Notes under the pieces: model-generated | What the model was told of the DNA's origin: nothing | Seen by the model: the letters and a program-made list of their open reading frames with translations, nothing else | Databases searched by the model: none | Source: Macrostomum lignano | Lineage: Eukaryota | DNA: 64,000 nucleotides | Direction: 5' to 3' | NCBI GenBank assembly: GCA_002269645.1 | Contig: NIVC01001255.1 | Location: forward strand, 1-64,000 | Position numbers and translations under genes: made by a program | In this document: positions 50,531-63,181 of the stretch, piece after piece | Numbering within the stretch: position 1 is the stretch's first letter | Layout: every line of letters begins with the position of its first letter

Positions 50531-53500
50531 CTTGCTGGCGACAGTTGCTGCTGCTGTCGATGAGAGCCGGAGCTAGCAGCGAAGACATCGTCCTCGTCCC
50601 CGCCGCTGGACAGCTTTGCCAGGCGAGTCTGCACCCGAGCTAGCGTGTCGTGCCGCTCCGCCCCGTCCAGCAGGTCGTCGTCCTGCAGCTGCATTTGCCG
50701 GCAGAGGTCTTCGATCTCGCTGACCGGATCGCCTGCGGTTGCTCCGCGGGGACTCAGCAAGGATTCCCGCTTGTTGCGGCGAAGGCTGGCTGCCCCAGTT
50801 GGAAGGACTTTCACCGCGTTGGAAGGCAGCTTCAACGCTGCGCGGTGACGCTCGTTGATTGGGTCATCGGAGTCGTCCGTGTCGGAACCGCCGATGCGGC
50901 CGTTTCCGTTGCTACGCCGCCGGTGCCAGTCAAGCCGCTCTTCCAGTTGCTTCATCAAGTCCCGCGACTGCGGATGCAACTGGTTTCGCTGCTGCTGGTG
51001 ATGCTGCTCCTGAAGTTCGGTCTGGCGCTGTGCAGAGTGCTGATTTGATTGCTCCTTGTACTTGTAAGTCTGCTTCGGCTGGTACTGATAGCGTTGCCCG
51101 TGGTGCGAATTGCTCTGATTGCTCGGCTGCTGGGTATTTGGTTGAGTTTCAATGCGATGCTGATGGTTAGGATTTTGATACTGCTGCTGAAGCTGCTCAT
51201 TTTGATGCTGGCGTGGATGCTGGTGCTGATGCTGGTGCCGAGTTGGAGAATGGTACGGCTGTGACTGCGGCTGAAGAACTCCGATTGATAATCTTGCTGT
51301 GGCAGTCTGAGCAGCACTCGGGCCAACGCTAGAGTTGTCGGGAGCCCCCGGCATGTGAGTCTGAATCTGCGTGCGCGTTCGCGGAGTCGATGCGGCGGAT
51401 TTCGTCTCGTTTGCTCGCTGGATTTGATGTCGCAGACACAGGAGAGCCTCCTGAAGTTACCAACGCTGCAGCGGCTGCGGCTGGCACCTCCATTGGCCGC
51501 TGACGATACGTCGGCTGCTGCTGCGACTGTTGAATGGACGACAAACTATTCGATCGCTGTCGACTGAGTGATGATTCGGCGACCGCTGCCGGCTGTTGTT
51601 GACCTCGGTTTCCGCGCGATATTGGGCGATGCTTGCCCGACGACCAGAGCTGGTTCTGCTGGTCCTGCTTTCGCGGCCGCTGAGGCTGCTGGTGGTGGTG
51701 GTAATTGTGCAGATGGTAATGCTGCTGATGAACTGGCGGCGGTGGTGGTGGCGGTTGCGGCGGTGGTGGTGGCGGTGGCGGCGGCGGCGGCTGCGGCGGC
51801 GGCTGCGGCGCTGGAGGAGGTGGCATGAATTGCTCCTTCCTCTGGATGGGCACCACTGCAGGCGCTGGGGAAACCTGGATCTGCTTGTATAAATGGTCAG
51901 CAGAGGCCGCCTCACCTGCACTGCGCCGCTGCCTTCGTGGAGGCACTGGAGGTACCGGTGACGTTAACTGCGGTGGCTGCTGCGGCGGTGGCTCCTGCCT
52001 CTGATACTGAAGATTGACTTGCGCAGCGTAGCGATCAGTGCTAGGTCGATACCTATAGGCATCAGTGAGGGTCTCGCTGCCTTTCGGGTAGAGGTCGCTA
52101 GTCCGAATGGATGTCGGCAGCGAAGAGCTCTGGCTGTTTGCCGCTGTTGAGTCGCGCTGCTGCTGGTTCTGATAATGCTGGTGCTGCTTGTGCTGGTGCT
52201 CGCGCTGATCTGGCTTCTGCCGCCGAGGCTGATGGTTTGAATCTTGATATCGGTGCTGGTACTGCTGCCCGCGTTTCGGCTGGTGCTGGTGATGATTCTG
52301 GTGCCATCTGTCGTCACCAACGAGGCCGTCTACCGCTTCAAACACAGCGTCGTCATCGTCATCGTCGTCCGCTTCGTCAGCGCTGACGCTGACTAAACGC
52401 GCGGTGGCCGTTGCCATGGCTGCAGAGTATTCCGGCGCAGGCGGAGGTAACGGGCGCTTCTTTCTTTGCCGAGAAGAGCGCTTCCTGTGCGGCAGGTATT
52501 TGTACACGTCCTCGCCTTGCTGATGCAGCTGCTCCTGCGGCGGCCTTTGAGTCTGATAACCGTTGCTACCGCCAACTGTAAGCGGACTGTTTGAGTAAGT
52601 AAAAAGTTGGCGCAGCTGCTCTTCAACTTGCGACTTTGGCTGCTGCTGCTGCTGCTGCTGCTCTGCCTCCCTTTCTGGTCTGCTTTTTCGCCGCTGTGGC
52701 CATAGTTCATTATTTTCGCTTGAGTGTGCGGCTGCACCCAATTGTACTCTGGCAGAGCTGAGGTGTACACCAGCATGGGCCGAGCTCTGCTCCGCGGGAG
52801 AGCCAACACCCCACTCCGCAGCCACCTCGAGCCCCCACTGAGCGTCAGTCAACGGTCCTTGCTCACCCGTTGCGCGAGTGGGTCTCTGGCGCTCCGGCGG
52901 AGGTGGGTGGGGCAGCTTTCTGCGCCTCGCCGCCGGCTCCTCCTCCAACTCCTCCACCTCCACCTGCGGCCCTCGCTCCGCTACCGCAGGCTGTCGCCAG
53001 TTAAGCGACATTTGCACATGCAATCGAGTCGCATTCGCATCTTGCTTTTCCATTTCAGCTGCAGTTGCAGGTGCCTTATGTTCTGTGAGCACTGGCGGAA
53101 GCGGCTCGGGTTCCAGATCCGGCTCCGGTTTTGGTTCAGATTCCAGTTCCACGTCCGGCTTCATCTCTGAGCGACTGCCGCCTGAGCTTTGCGATCGCCG
53201 GCGCGGCCTCAGCGGATCTCGCGGCGGCCCGCGCAGCCGCTCGAGACTCGACAGTTTGCCGCTGGGTTGCTGCAGCTGCGCCACGGGCAGGAAGGCCTCA
53301 GAGTCGGCCTGTGCTGCCCACGAGCCGTGCCGGTCCACGGGCGCGGCCGAGGAGGAGCGCGATCTCGATGGCGATGACGACGCGCGACTGCGGTGCCGGC
53401 TCCGACGTCGCGGCGTCGACTCACCGGAAGACACGGCGGTTCGAGAGCGCGAGTCGATGACTTTGATCTTGCGTATCCGGCTAAAACGACTGGGAGCGCC

Positions 53501-54133
53501 GGTCGTGGCGGCGGCAGCACAGCGGCTGACATCAGCGGCGTTGTCTTTGCCGTCGTCGGCATCGCTGTTACCGGTGCTGGCGCCACCGCCGCAGCCAACA
53601 TCGACAAGCGCATTCGGTTGCAGCTTGTCTTGAATCTGGCGCCCAATGTCGCTGAGCTGCTGCAGGTAGCGCCGCTGATCCTCCTGGCGATTTTCGCGCT
53701 CCAGGGTGTCGCCAAGGCTCGAGCTCAGCTCGGCGGCGTCCGGATCGTCGCTGTCTGCCGGCAGGTTGCCGCGGTATATCGCGTCGAGCTGGGAGGAGGC
53801 CACGCTGCTGGCTGACGGGCTGTGAGGTCGGCTACTGCTGGCCCCAGAGGCAGCCTCGTGATGGCTGACTGCCGTCATGCTGACGTGCCGGGAGCCTCTG
53901 CGAATAAATGGAGCGGATGGTTTGGCGGCACTTTGAGACGAAGAGAAGACGCTCGAAAGCTTTCGAGCTTGGAATTGCTCAGCGCCAGTGCACACAGGCC
54001 TGAACTTCGAACGGGACCAGAGTACAATAATGGCGATATGAGTGCAGTGAACTTCAATAGCTCGCTTTTCTTTCAACCTTCTGACCCCCCGCCGTTGCGG
54101 TTCTGCCAGAAAGCACTTTGGAAGCGTGCGCAA
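50531..54133 (-). CDS. Giant exon of a disordered Pro/Gln/His/Ser-rich protein, split by a 1-nt frameshift at 51345-51349
   Basis: ORFs 51329-54133 (934 aa) and 50488-51354 (288 aa) have the same composition and join if one base of a G5 run is removed; donor GCAAG|GTACAG at 50531; true start unresolved. Confidence 0.72.
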
Positions 54134-55469
54134 GCGAGCCTAATGCCTCTCACCCCTTACTTCGTTCGCTCCTGCCTACTGGCACCCGCTTTTAGTGTTA
54201 AACTGCATGCTTGTACTGGTGGACGGGAGCCACCGCAGGTAACCAGGGGCAGAGAGAGAGAGAGAGAGAAATTCTCGAGTAGCTCATGACTAATAGTCTC
54301 TCTCGGCAGCATTCTATTCGCATTAATGAGAAAATCGAAAGAGATTTCATAGTTTCTTCTGTGCCCCAACTTCTCTCTCTCTCTCTCTCTCTCCTTCTCT
54401 TCCCAGTTTGCACGGCGCCGCCTACCTTTCTAATTTGCAATTAATTATTCTATAGCCAAGAATTTGTACACCTTCACACCAAATTCACGGTGCACCTCGA
54501 TCGTTTTAGATTCGTTATTGAAGCAGAATATGTCAGAAACTCTCACAGCTGTCTGTCCGGTCCGACATGCAGCAACTTTGCCCAGCTGTGGGCGGTAAAC
54601 TGCAGGATGTGCCGGATGTGCCACTGACGGGAGGATGCATGCAAGGAGCTGGCGCTAGGGGCTGCTAGGCTAGGGCTACGTTCCGGCTTTGAAATGCGTA
54701 GTTTCGCGTGGCTTGGACGGGTTTTAAAGCCCCCGAGATGGAGAGCGAGCGGAGAGACTGGACAGGGAGGGTATCCAGGAACCAAACCGAGAGAGATAGG
54801 GAGAGAGAGAGACTGGCACCCAACGCGAGACACGGAATCCCGCAACGCCCCCGATTGCACCTCTTCCCCTTTTGTGTCATGCAGCCCCCCTTGGATTTAG
54901 CGGCAGTAGCTGAGCGCCTCTCCTAAAGCCGCAGGTGAATATTTTTCTTTCACTTTGTCGCGGGCCCGTCTGTTCGCGAAATCATTAGCTCTGCGCGGAA
55001 AAGCCGGCCTTCAAGACCAGATGACTTCGAAAAAAACAGCGTTTGCGTACACTAACTGTATTTATGCAGACTGAAACTTTGGAATTGCACCTGCTAATGC
55101 ACACAGCCCCTTGTTATTTTTGCCTTGAGCACCCAGTGCAGTAGGGAATCGTCTATATTGTCAAAACAAATTCACTAGAAACGTCTTAAATAGAAAAGTC
55201 CTTCACGAACGAACAGAAAAATTGAGGGCATTGATAAAAAACTTATAATACCATACTTTTAAAACTGAGCCAGGAAGCTCTTCAGCCCACATATTTCTTA
55301 CCTTGCCAGACTCAATTATTGCTCTAATCCTTCAATTACTACCCTGTAATAGAGTAGTTTACTCCCCAACCTTCTGCAGTCTTCATGGCTGGGATATACT
55401 GGAGACAAAAAGAGGAAAGAGGGTTGGCTGAAGATCGCTTCCTGCCCTCTCATCTTCTTTAACTTGCAG

Positions 55470-55822
55470 CCTGTCACTCACTGACCTTCTGCAGTCCTCA
55501 ATCCTGCAGCCATGTCACTCACTGAACTTCTGCAGTCCTCAATCCTGCACCAATGTCACTCACTGACCTTCTGCAGTCCTCAATTCTGCAGCCATGTCAC
55601 TCACTGACCTTCTGCAGTCCTCAATCCTGCACCAATGTCACTCACTGACCTTCTGCAGTCCTCAATCCTGCACCAATGTCACTCATTGACCTTCTGAAGT
55701 CCTCATTCCTACAGCCATGTCACTCCCCGAACTTCTGTAGTCGCCAATCCTACAGCCATGTCACTCACTGACCCTCTTTAGTCCTCAATCCTGCAGCAAG
55801 GTCACTCCCCGAACTTCTGCAG
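55470..55822. repeat. About 41-bp minisatellite (CTGCAGTCCTCAATCCTGCAGCCATGTCACTCACTGACCTT)n
   Basis: About 8 tandem copies. Confidence 0.9.
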
Positions 55823-56883
55823 TCTCAGACGTAAGCGGAATGACAGGACTCCTTGTCTCCTTGATGGTAGCTTGCCTTCTATCGCCTTGATTTGCGGTGT
55901 CCAAAGCCCCGCCCCTGCAAACTAACTGACACTCCCTCACACCTGTATACCTCTCTGACCCCCTGCACCTGACCCTTCACAGTGAACTTCGCACCACTCT
56001 TACCTCTGAGCCTAATTAACTATCTGACGGTAACGAAGCGGCGCTTATGTAAAAACATTTCAGAGGTGGGAATTTGAGAATGTTTATTCATAGCTTCTTA
56101 GTTAATAGCTCGTACGTCGTAAGTCACAGCTCGAGTGCAAACCCACTTTGACCGGCAGAATGCAAATCTGATAAACTGCGCTAAATAAACCCTTGGAGAG
56201 CGCGGAACGAAAACTCGAGAACAGAATATTCCAGCGATTATTGTCGACAAAAGAAAATAAATTCAACCAAAACTGGCCTTTCGTACGAAGGCGCAGTGAA
56301 GGTGAAAAATAAACAAATTTTCCCACAGTTCGATAAGACACAGACGTCGATCAGTTTATCAAGATCTTAGAAATGCAACGAACCTTTTTCGGCAGTCTCA
56401 AGAAAGTGCAGGCTTCGGTGGAAGTGCTACAGGTTGATTAAGGCTGGCTGACGTAGCAAGCTAGACGAAGCACTAAGCAGGTGTGTACGCTGCAACTGCA
56501 CCAATGGAGCCGACGATGCACTAACCGGATTTGTGACCCTCGGGCGGGCAAGCAAGGCACAGATGGGATGGAAAACGCAGGATCCCCAACTTTCTGTTTA
56601 TCCCCTGGAAAGACTGGTGCAGAACAGAGTTTGGGGGGAAATTTTCCCTACCTCAGTGGAAAACAACGACAGTCCGATTCAGTTTTGGATTATTTCGGAG
56701 ATCCACCTGACTTTATTTAAGTTTGCTTATAAGGTGTGTGTAGACCTGGCAGAATGCCAGACTCTTATTGGATCGACGAATAGTTCCCTTTTAACTGACC
56801 GTGTTGATTTTTATCGTTATAGATCGATAGATATTTTTTGCTGAACATTCAGATTGTGAAATCAGCATAAGATGGGACATTCA

Positions 56884-57395
56884 GGTTGTCAAATTAGCTG
56901 GAGACGGGGTCTTTGGGTTGTCAAATTAGCTGGAGACGGGGTCTTTGGGTTGTCAAATTAGCTGGAGACGGGGTCTTCGGGTTGTCAAATTAGCTGGAGA
57001 CGGGGTCTTTGGGTTGTCAAATTAGCTGGAGACGGGGTCTTCGGGTTGTCAAATTAGCTGGAGACGGGGTCTTCGGGTTGTCAAATTAGCTGGAGACGGG
57101 GTCTTCAGGTTGTCAAATTAGCTGGAGACGGGGTCTTTGGGTTGTCAAGTTAGTTGGAGATGGGGTTGTCAAATTATCTGGAGACAGGGTTGTCAAATTA
57201 TCTGGAGACAGGGTTGTCAAATTAGCTGGAGACAGGGTTGTTAAGTTAGCTGGAGACAGGGTTGTCAAGTTAGCTGGAGACGGGACCTTCGGGTTGTCAA
57301 GTTAGTTGGAGATGGGGTTGTCAAATTATCTAGAGACAGGGTTGTCAAATTATCTGGAGACAGGGTTGTCAAATTAGCTGGAGACAGGGTCTTCA
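56884..57395. repeat. 32-bp minisatellite (GGGTTGTCAAATTAGCTGGAGACGGGGTCTTY) with 24-bp deletion variants
   Basis: Tandem array, long units on the left and short units on the right. Confidence 0.94.
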
Positions 57396-58075
57396 GATTT
57401 AGGCCTGCAGCAGTTTTTTTTTCTCAGGGGAGAGTCTGCAGAAGAGAGATAATTAAAAGTGAAAAATTAAAAACGACTTGATTAATTTTTAAAGAGCTTA
57501 GGACCTTGATGTACCGTTTCATAAAAAGTCTAAAGGTGTTTGACTCTTCACTCACGGTTAATCCTCTCGGATGCTGCATGGTGAATAAGCACAAACAGAA
57601 TGCTTTTAAAGCGCCTTTGCTACTTTTTGATTCGATGAGAAATTCTTTCAATCTCTTTGCAATCAGATGAAAATTTCCCGTGCTTCACAAGGCGACTAGC
57701 TTCGAAGGTTGCATAAGCAGAGCTTGCAATAGAGAATTTGTAGTTGCTGCCTCTAAATTTTGACAACAAAACAAGGCGAAAGAAAAGACAGGTAGCTATG
57801 CCGAATGCCTGCTTTATTGCTTTATGGCAGGAGCTCAAGCACGAAAGACACTTTTTAATGCCAGCTACATCTCTCGTAGTCCAATGTTATAGAATTGCGC
57901 AGGTACCAAGAAGGTATTTGCGGGTGGGCGGTTAGCTACGAACGAAATGCTTGTCAGGGACTGAGAACGCATTCTTTAGTCACAATATTCTCTCCCTCCC
58001 TCACTGTACACTTTCACAGTGATCAGGCCAGTGTGTCAGGTTGGCCTCTCTCTCCTATTCCTTGGTCAATATTCC

Positions 58076-58108
<33 letters not shown>

Positions 58109-60313
58109 GCATTCTTGTTTTATTCTATCTGAACTCAGCTCAATTGTCTATAACATGAGCTGCTTTATAACAACAGCCAAAGGAGAACGATGTTTCTATG
58201 TCTCAATTCAGTTGCTTTGCGTCTTCTAAAATTCTTAGAGAATTGGAGATGGCTCGAATATTTAAGACAAAATGATTCGCACGTGGATGCGCTGCCAGAT
58301 ATAATGGGAAATCCTATGTAATCTGAGTTCCATCTTTTGCCTTCGTGTCTTAAGGGAGGTTTGGAGTTTCAGGACACTACTTCGTAAAAGAGGGCTATCT
58401 ACCAAGGCTGAGCCCTTTGTCAAACCGTTGGGATCTGATGCAATGAGGTTTTATAACTAAAATATTAACGAAACTAAACTAGCTTGAAATGGAAAAGTTA
58501 TTTTTTTAAAGTGATGATAGTAAGAGTGAGAGAGAGTGAGGGAGAGTGAGGGGGGTGAGAGAGGGAGAGTGAGGGAGAGCGGGGGGAAAGGGGAGAGAGA
58601 GAGGGAAAGAGAGGGGAAGTGAGGGAGAAAGGGAGAGTGAGGGATCAGTAACCATATTGGATAGATTGTAGTAATGTAACATTATTAACAACTGTCGTAG
58701 GGAATCCAAATAAGTACATTTTGTATTTCGTTAGCCTTTTTAGAAACTCTTTAAGTATTGCCCTCAGCACTCTGCCTGTTTCGTTCCCTCTCTACTATAT
58801 CTGTTAGTGCCAGCAGCCTCGCGCAATATCTGCCATTTTGACACAAGAAAGTACAAAAATTTTGCTTTTTTGGCCCGCATTCTTTTCAGCTCGGTTGTCA
58901 ATCAAACTTCTAGATTTTTTTGTTCAAACATGCACTACTTACTGAACGCCAAAAGTAGTTGACTGCAAATATTCTTCTAAAATGCACGAAAAGGTGCAAA
59001 TAAGAGCCGAGAGCCAGATCATGAAAAGCCAGTGATCTGGATGCATATTTGTGGTATCCGGCCGGTGTGTCTAGTATTGCCATAGACAAATTCGATTTCT
59101 CGAAAGCAAAGAGATTTCTAAGAAAATAATGTGTAGCGCCACTTTCTACTGAAGCTGTCCATGGGCTGTGTTGAAAACTTGAAAATTCAAACTTGAGACT
59201 AAATTCGAATTTTAGAAGCTCAAAAAATGTAAGGAAGCCGTGAAAATGCTTATAAGTTTCAACTTTTTTCAAGGTCCCATTCGTCAAACTGCAGATAGCA
59301 AGGTCTTAAGGTGACACTAAAAGTTTCTATTTTTAACTCCAACTGTTATATTTAAACACTGGAATGCGTTTCAGTCAATATTAGCGATCCATTCAGAGTT
59401 CAGACCCGGATCACGTGATTTTTGAGGGTACGCGTTGTTCAGGACGGTTCTCGAAGTGTGACTCAGTAAGCCAATATTAGAATTTTAACCGAAAAAAACT
59501 TCGTAGGGGGTTGGTATTTTTGGCAACAACATTGTAGATTATTGAAGCAACTGCAATCCAAACGGCTTTAGCAGGGGATATTCAAGAACTGCTACGGCTA
59601 TGGTCTGCCTTTCTGACCGTGTCTGAGGGCAGGATAGGAATTCTGAGCAGTTGAAGGGAAGTGTTTGCACAATTGTTGGGCGGATTGGGGCGGATTCTTA
59701 CCAGTGAGGCGGGTTGCCAGGCTGGAGCCGCATGGCTGGAGTTCGCACAATGCGACACATTTTTTAAATCTCTTGCCCTATAGCAGAACCCCTGGACCCG
59801 CTTCTATCGATCTCTGTACTCTGATCGATTGGCGATTTCTTCTCTTCCGTCTCTCCCCAAAGCCCCTTGCACTGTACACGTTGCTTCTAGAAGGGGAAAA
59901 CAGTGTTGACCGCGCCCAGGGCTTTGACAGCCATTACAATTCGTGTCTGTTTGTCTGCGGAGTTTCGAAAAAGGAAGAAAGAAAGGACGAAAGGAAGCAA
60001 GGAGAGAGAGAGAGTAAATGACTCCCAGATATTAGGGAGACGCGGACTCCCGATTTCTTCTTTCTGTCAGATCCCCGCGCTGCCGCAGACCGACCGACCG
60101 ATCGATCCAATTCTATTTTGTTGTCGTTGGCCCATTCTATCTATTATCCTCACTAGCTGCTCACCCCTCTGCTACCGCCCCACCGACTTTGCTCTCGCCA
60201 TAACTCGCCTTTGCTGGTTTAGCAATGCCCGAACCCTATTTGGTTTGATCTCGCTATCCCACCAGACGACAGCAATTTAACACTTCCGGGTAGCAACAGT
60301 TGAGCGCCAGCCG

Positions 60314-60610
60314 ATGGAGCGCGCCAAAGTGCCTCAAGTAGCGGCGCCCGCCCAGCTGCCAGCCGGCTTCATCGTGCTAAGCGGCGGCACCGATTTCAAA
60401 GGCCACCAGATTGCCTGCTTTCCGCCCAAGAATCTCATCCGAATGCATTTGAACGGCGTGACCAGCGCGGACTTGGTGGCTCTGGTGGAATATTACATCG
60501 CCATCACCAAGCCGGAGCAGCGAATGAGCGGCCTGGCGTTTCTGGCCGACTTCCGGGCCTGCTCTCAGTCTATTTTCCGGGTTGTTGTTGACGCGCTGGA
60601 GTTGCTGCAG
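60314..60610 (+). CDS. SEC14/CRAL-TRIO plus spectrin-like protein (SESTD1/PLEKHG4/MCF2L-like), exon 1
   Basis: IVLSGGTDFKGHQIACFP..LVEYY..GLAFLADFR matches the Dbl/Trio-type CRAL-TRIO N-terminus; the in-frame join to exon 2 is best explained by donor CAG|GCAGGT. Confidence 0.8.
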
Positions 60611-60641
60611 GCAGGTGTTTCTAGGAATCTGGCAGAGAGAT

Positions 60642-61123
<482 letters not shown>

Positions 61124-61200
61124 GTGAATATCCCTCCAAGCAAGTACTAATGACTGCAGCAATCAAAGTCACATTCCTACATTAACTTTGTCTCTTCCAG

Positions 61201-61353
61201 CAGCAGAACCGCGGTTGTGTAGCCGTCTTCTACGTCCTGACGCCCAAGGGCAAAGAGCTGGTGAAGAGTTTGCAAAAGATGCTCGGCCTGTACCAGAAGA
61301 AGAGCTTCTTCGGTCGAAAAGCCGCTGATCCGGCTCAGGCAAGATCGTTTCAC
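61201..61353 (+). CDS. SEC14-spectrin gene exon 2
   Basis: Acceptor TCTCTTCCAG|; QQNRGCVAVFYVLTPK..; donor CAC|GTGAGT (alternative GC donor at 61339), both phase 0. Confidence 0.82.
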
Positions 61354-61448
61354 GTGAGTACTCGTAAAAGGAGTTTTTTAACTGCGCTGTAGTGGCTTTA
61401 TTCCTAAAATTCTCGAATACTCATCCCCATCCCGCATAATCTCCGCAG

Positions 61449-61565
61449 AGCATCTTGCTGTCGAGCTCACAGGAGCTCTACCAGTTTGTGAGTAGAGACC
61501 AACTCGTGTCAGATTTTGGTGGAACGCTCAACTATGATCACCAGGCCTGGATGAAGCTACGAACG
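61449..61565 (+). CDS. SEC14-spectrin gene exon 3
   Basis: SILLSSSQELYQFVSRDQLVSDFGGTLNYDHQAW is the CRAL-TRIO C-terminal QLxxxxGGTLxYxHxxW motif; canonical AG/GT. Confidence 0.88.
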
Positions 61566-61728
61566 GTGAGGACAATAGTACAGCCGCAGGTCACTGATTG
61601 GCGCACACTACTCACTTTCCTTTTTTCGATTTTTTAGAGTGTGTTAGCTGCGTTACAGTCACACAGTATTGACTTTTGTACATAAATTTTACCTCCATCA
61701 GACACACTGCAAACCCAAACAATTGTAG

Positions 61729-62499
61729 TCATTCGACGAGGTGCTCACGCAGGTGAACAGCATCACAGAGTCCGTGCCGGAAGCCCTCAGCCGACTAGAG
61801 ATGCTTAAGGAGTTTGAAAACCCAGTCGACGAAGAGGAGTGTCAAGAGATGGCACGCTGGATGCAGAACCGATTCCAGGAGGTGACAGCCGGGCTGCTGC
61901 TGGACGCTGCAAGTCAAAGGGCGTCTCGTCTCGCCGAGGCCTGTCGGCGACCCGAGCTCAACGCTGACCTGATGCCGCTGGCCAAAAATCCCCAGTTGAC
62001 GCCGCATGCCGACAAGCTCGAGCGACTCGTTGCCAAACTTGACGAACTGCGTCAGCTGTTGCGCCGGAAGTGGCGCGAAGCCGAGCAGAAGCTCATTTGC
62101 GTCGGGCAGCTCGGCGTCTACCGGAGCGCCGCCGAGGCCACTTTGGAAGGCCTGGAAAAAGCGGCAGCCGCTGCCAAGCGCATCCGATCCTCGTGTGCCC
62201 ACATTGCCAGCCAGCAGGCCGCTGAAGACGCCAAGGAGCGGCTGCGGCTGCAGGCATCGGCGCCGGCCGCGACTCGTCTGGCCGAGGGTCGCGAGCTGCT
62301 CAAGAAGGTGCGCCGGTTGGCAATGTCTACAGACCCGGCGACGGAGCCTCCGACTAGCGGCCGGGATGACTCGCTGCGTCAGAGGCCGGCCAGCTACGCG
62401 GCCGAGCTGGAGTCCCGTTTGACCAGCTGCTCCGAGACGGTGCGGACGACCGAGGACTGGCTCGCCGGGCTGTGCGGCTTCTTTGACTGCTGCGCCGCG
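61729..62499 (+). CDS. SEC14-spectrin gene exon 4 (helical, spectrin-like)
   Basis: Acceptor TTGTAG|TCA, open frame of ORF 61741-62529, donor GCG|GTGAGA. Confidence 0.82.
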
Positions 62500-62631
62500 G
62501 TGAGAGGCCAAGTCTACGCCCGATTTTAGTTGTTAGATGCTAAACCAGCTTAAAAAAGCAAGTTAAAAAATGTGCAATCATAAGTCGTCATCACTACAGA
62601 CTGGCTCAATTTTCTCAATATCAATCAACAG

Positions 62632-62867
62632 ATGATGCGTTGGTATTCGTTATGCCTGGAGCAGCTACCGGTTGAACTGCTGGAGCATCATCAGCGAATG
62701 CGGCCGGCCCAGTCGCTGACCCTGACAAGCCGCTGGGTGGAGGCAGTCCGGCCGCTGCTGTCCAAGTATCCGTGTCCGAAGCCGGCCCAGCTGGACGAGC
62801 TGCGCCAGGCGATGGAGCCGGTTGAAAGCAGGGAGGCGCGGAGAGAGGCGGCGCAACTGCTGCGCAG
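62632..62867 (+). CDS. SEC14-spectrin gene exon 5
   Basis: Acceptor CAACAG|ATG, donor AG|GTGAGA (phase 2). Confidence 0.8.
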
Positions 62868-63181
62868 GTGAGACACACTTGAAACCAATCGAACCAGTGA
62901 CTGCCTTGAGGGTTGATGCGAGCATATTCATCTGCGTACTAACCATGTCCAGCTCTGCTTAACTTGCCCATTGGGCTAGTGAACAGCAAAAAATATGTGC
63001 GAATGTCGCACCTTCAAAAACTATAGTGGTCGACGTAGCGCTGAACTTATGGCAAAGACGTCTAACATGAATTTCATGATAAGCGGACCTAATTTGGTGC
63101 TAAATTAAGCATGGCAAAGGTGAAGCTTGCAGTCTCTTACACAAATTTTAACGCCTCAGCCAAACCCACTCCAAATCGCAG

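Noticed and set aside
50645-54289. Many plus-strand and alternative-frame ORFs such as 52878-53633
   Set aside because: Shadow ORFs of the GC-rich minus-strand exon; no independent splice or domain evidence
1-57395. Tandem arrays as CRISPR arrays
   Set aside because: Units are head-to-tail with no unique spacers, there are no cas genes, and the context is eukaryotic
59306-59330. TTAAGGTGACAC as a Kolobok-like terminus
   Set aside because: No matching inverted end found
61795-62511. 238-aa antisense ORF
   Set aside because: Shadow of exon 4 of the SEC14-spectrin gene
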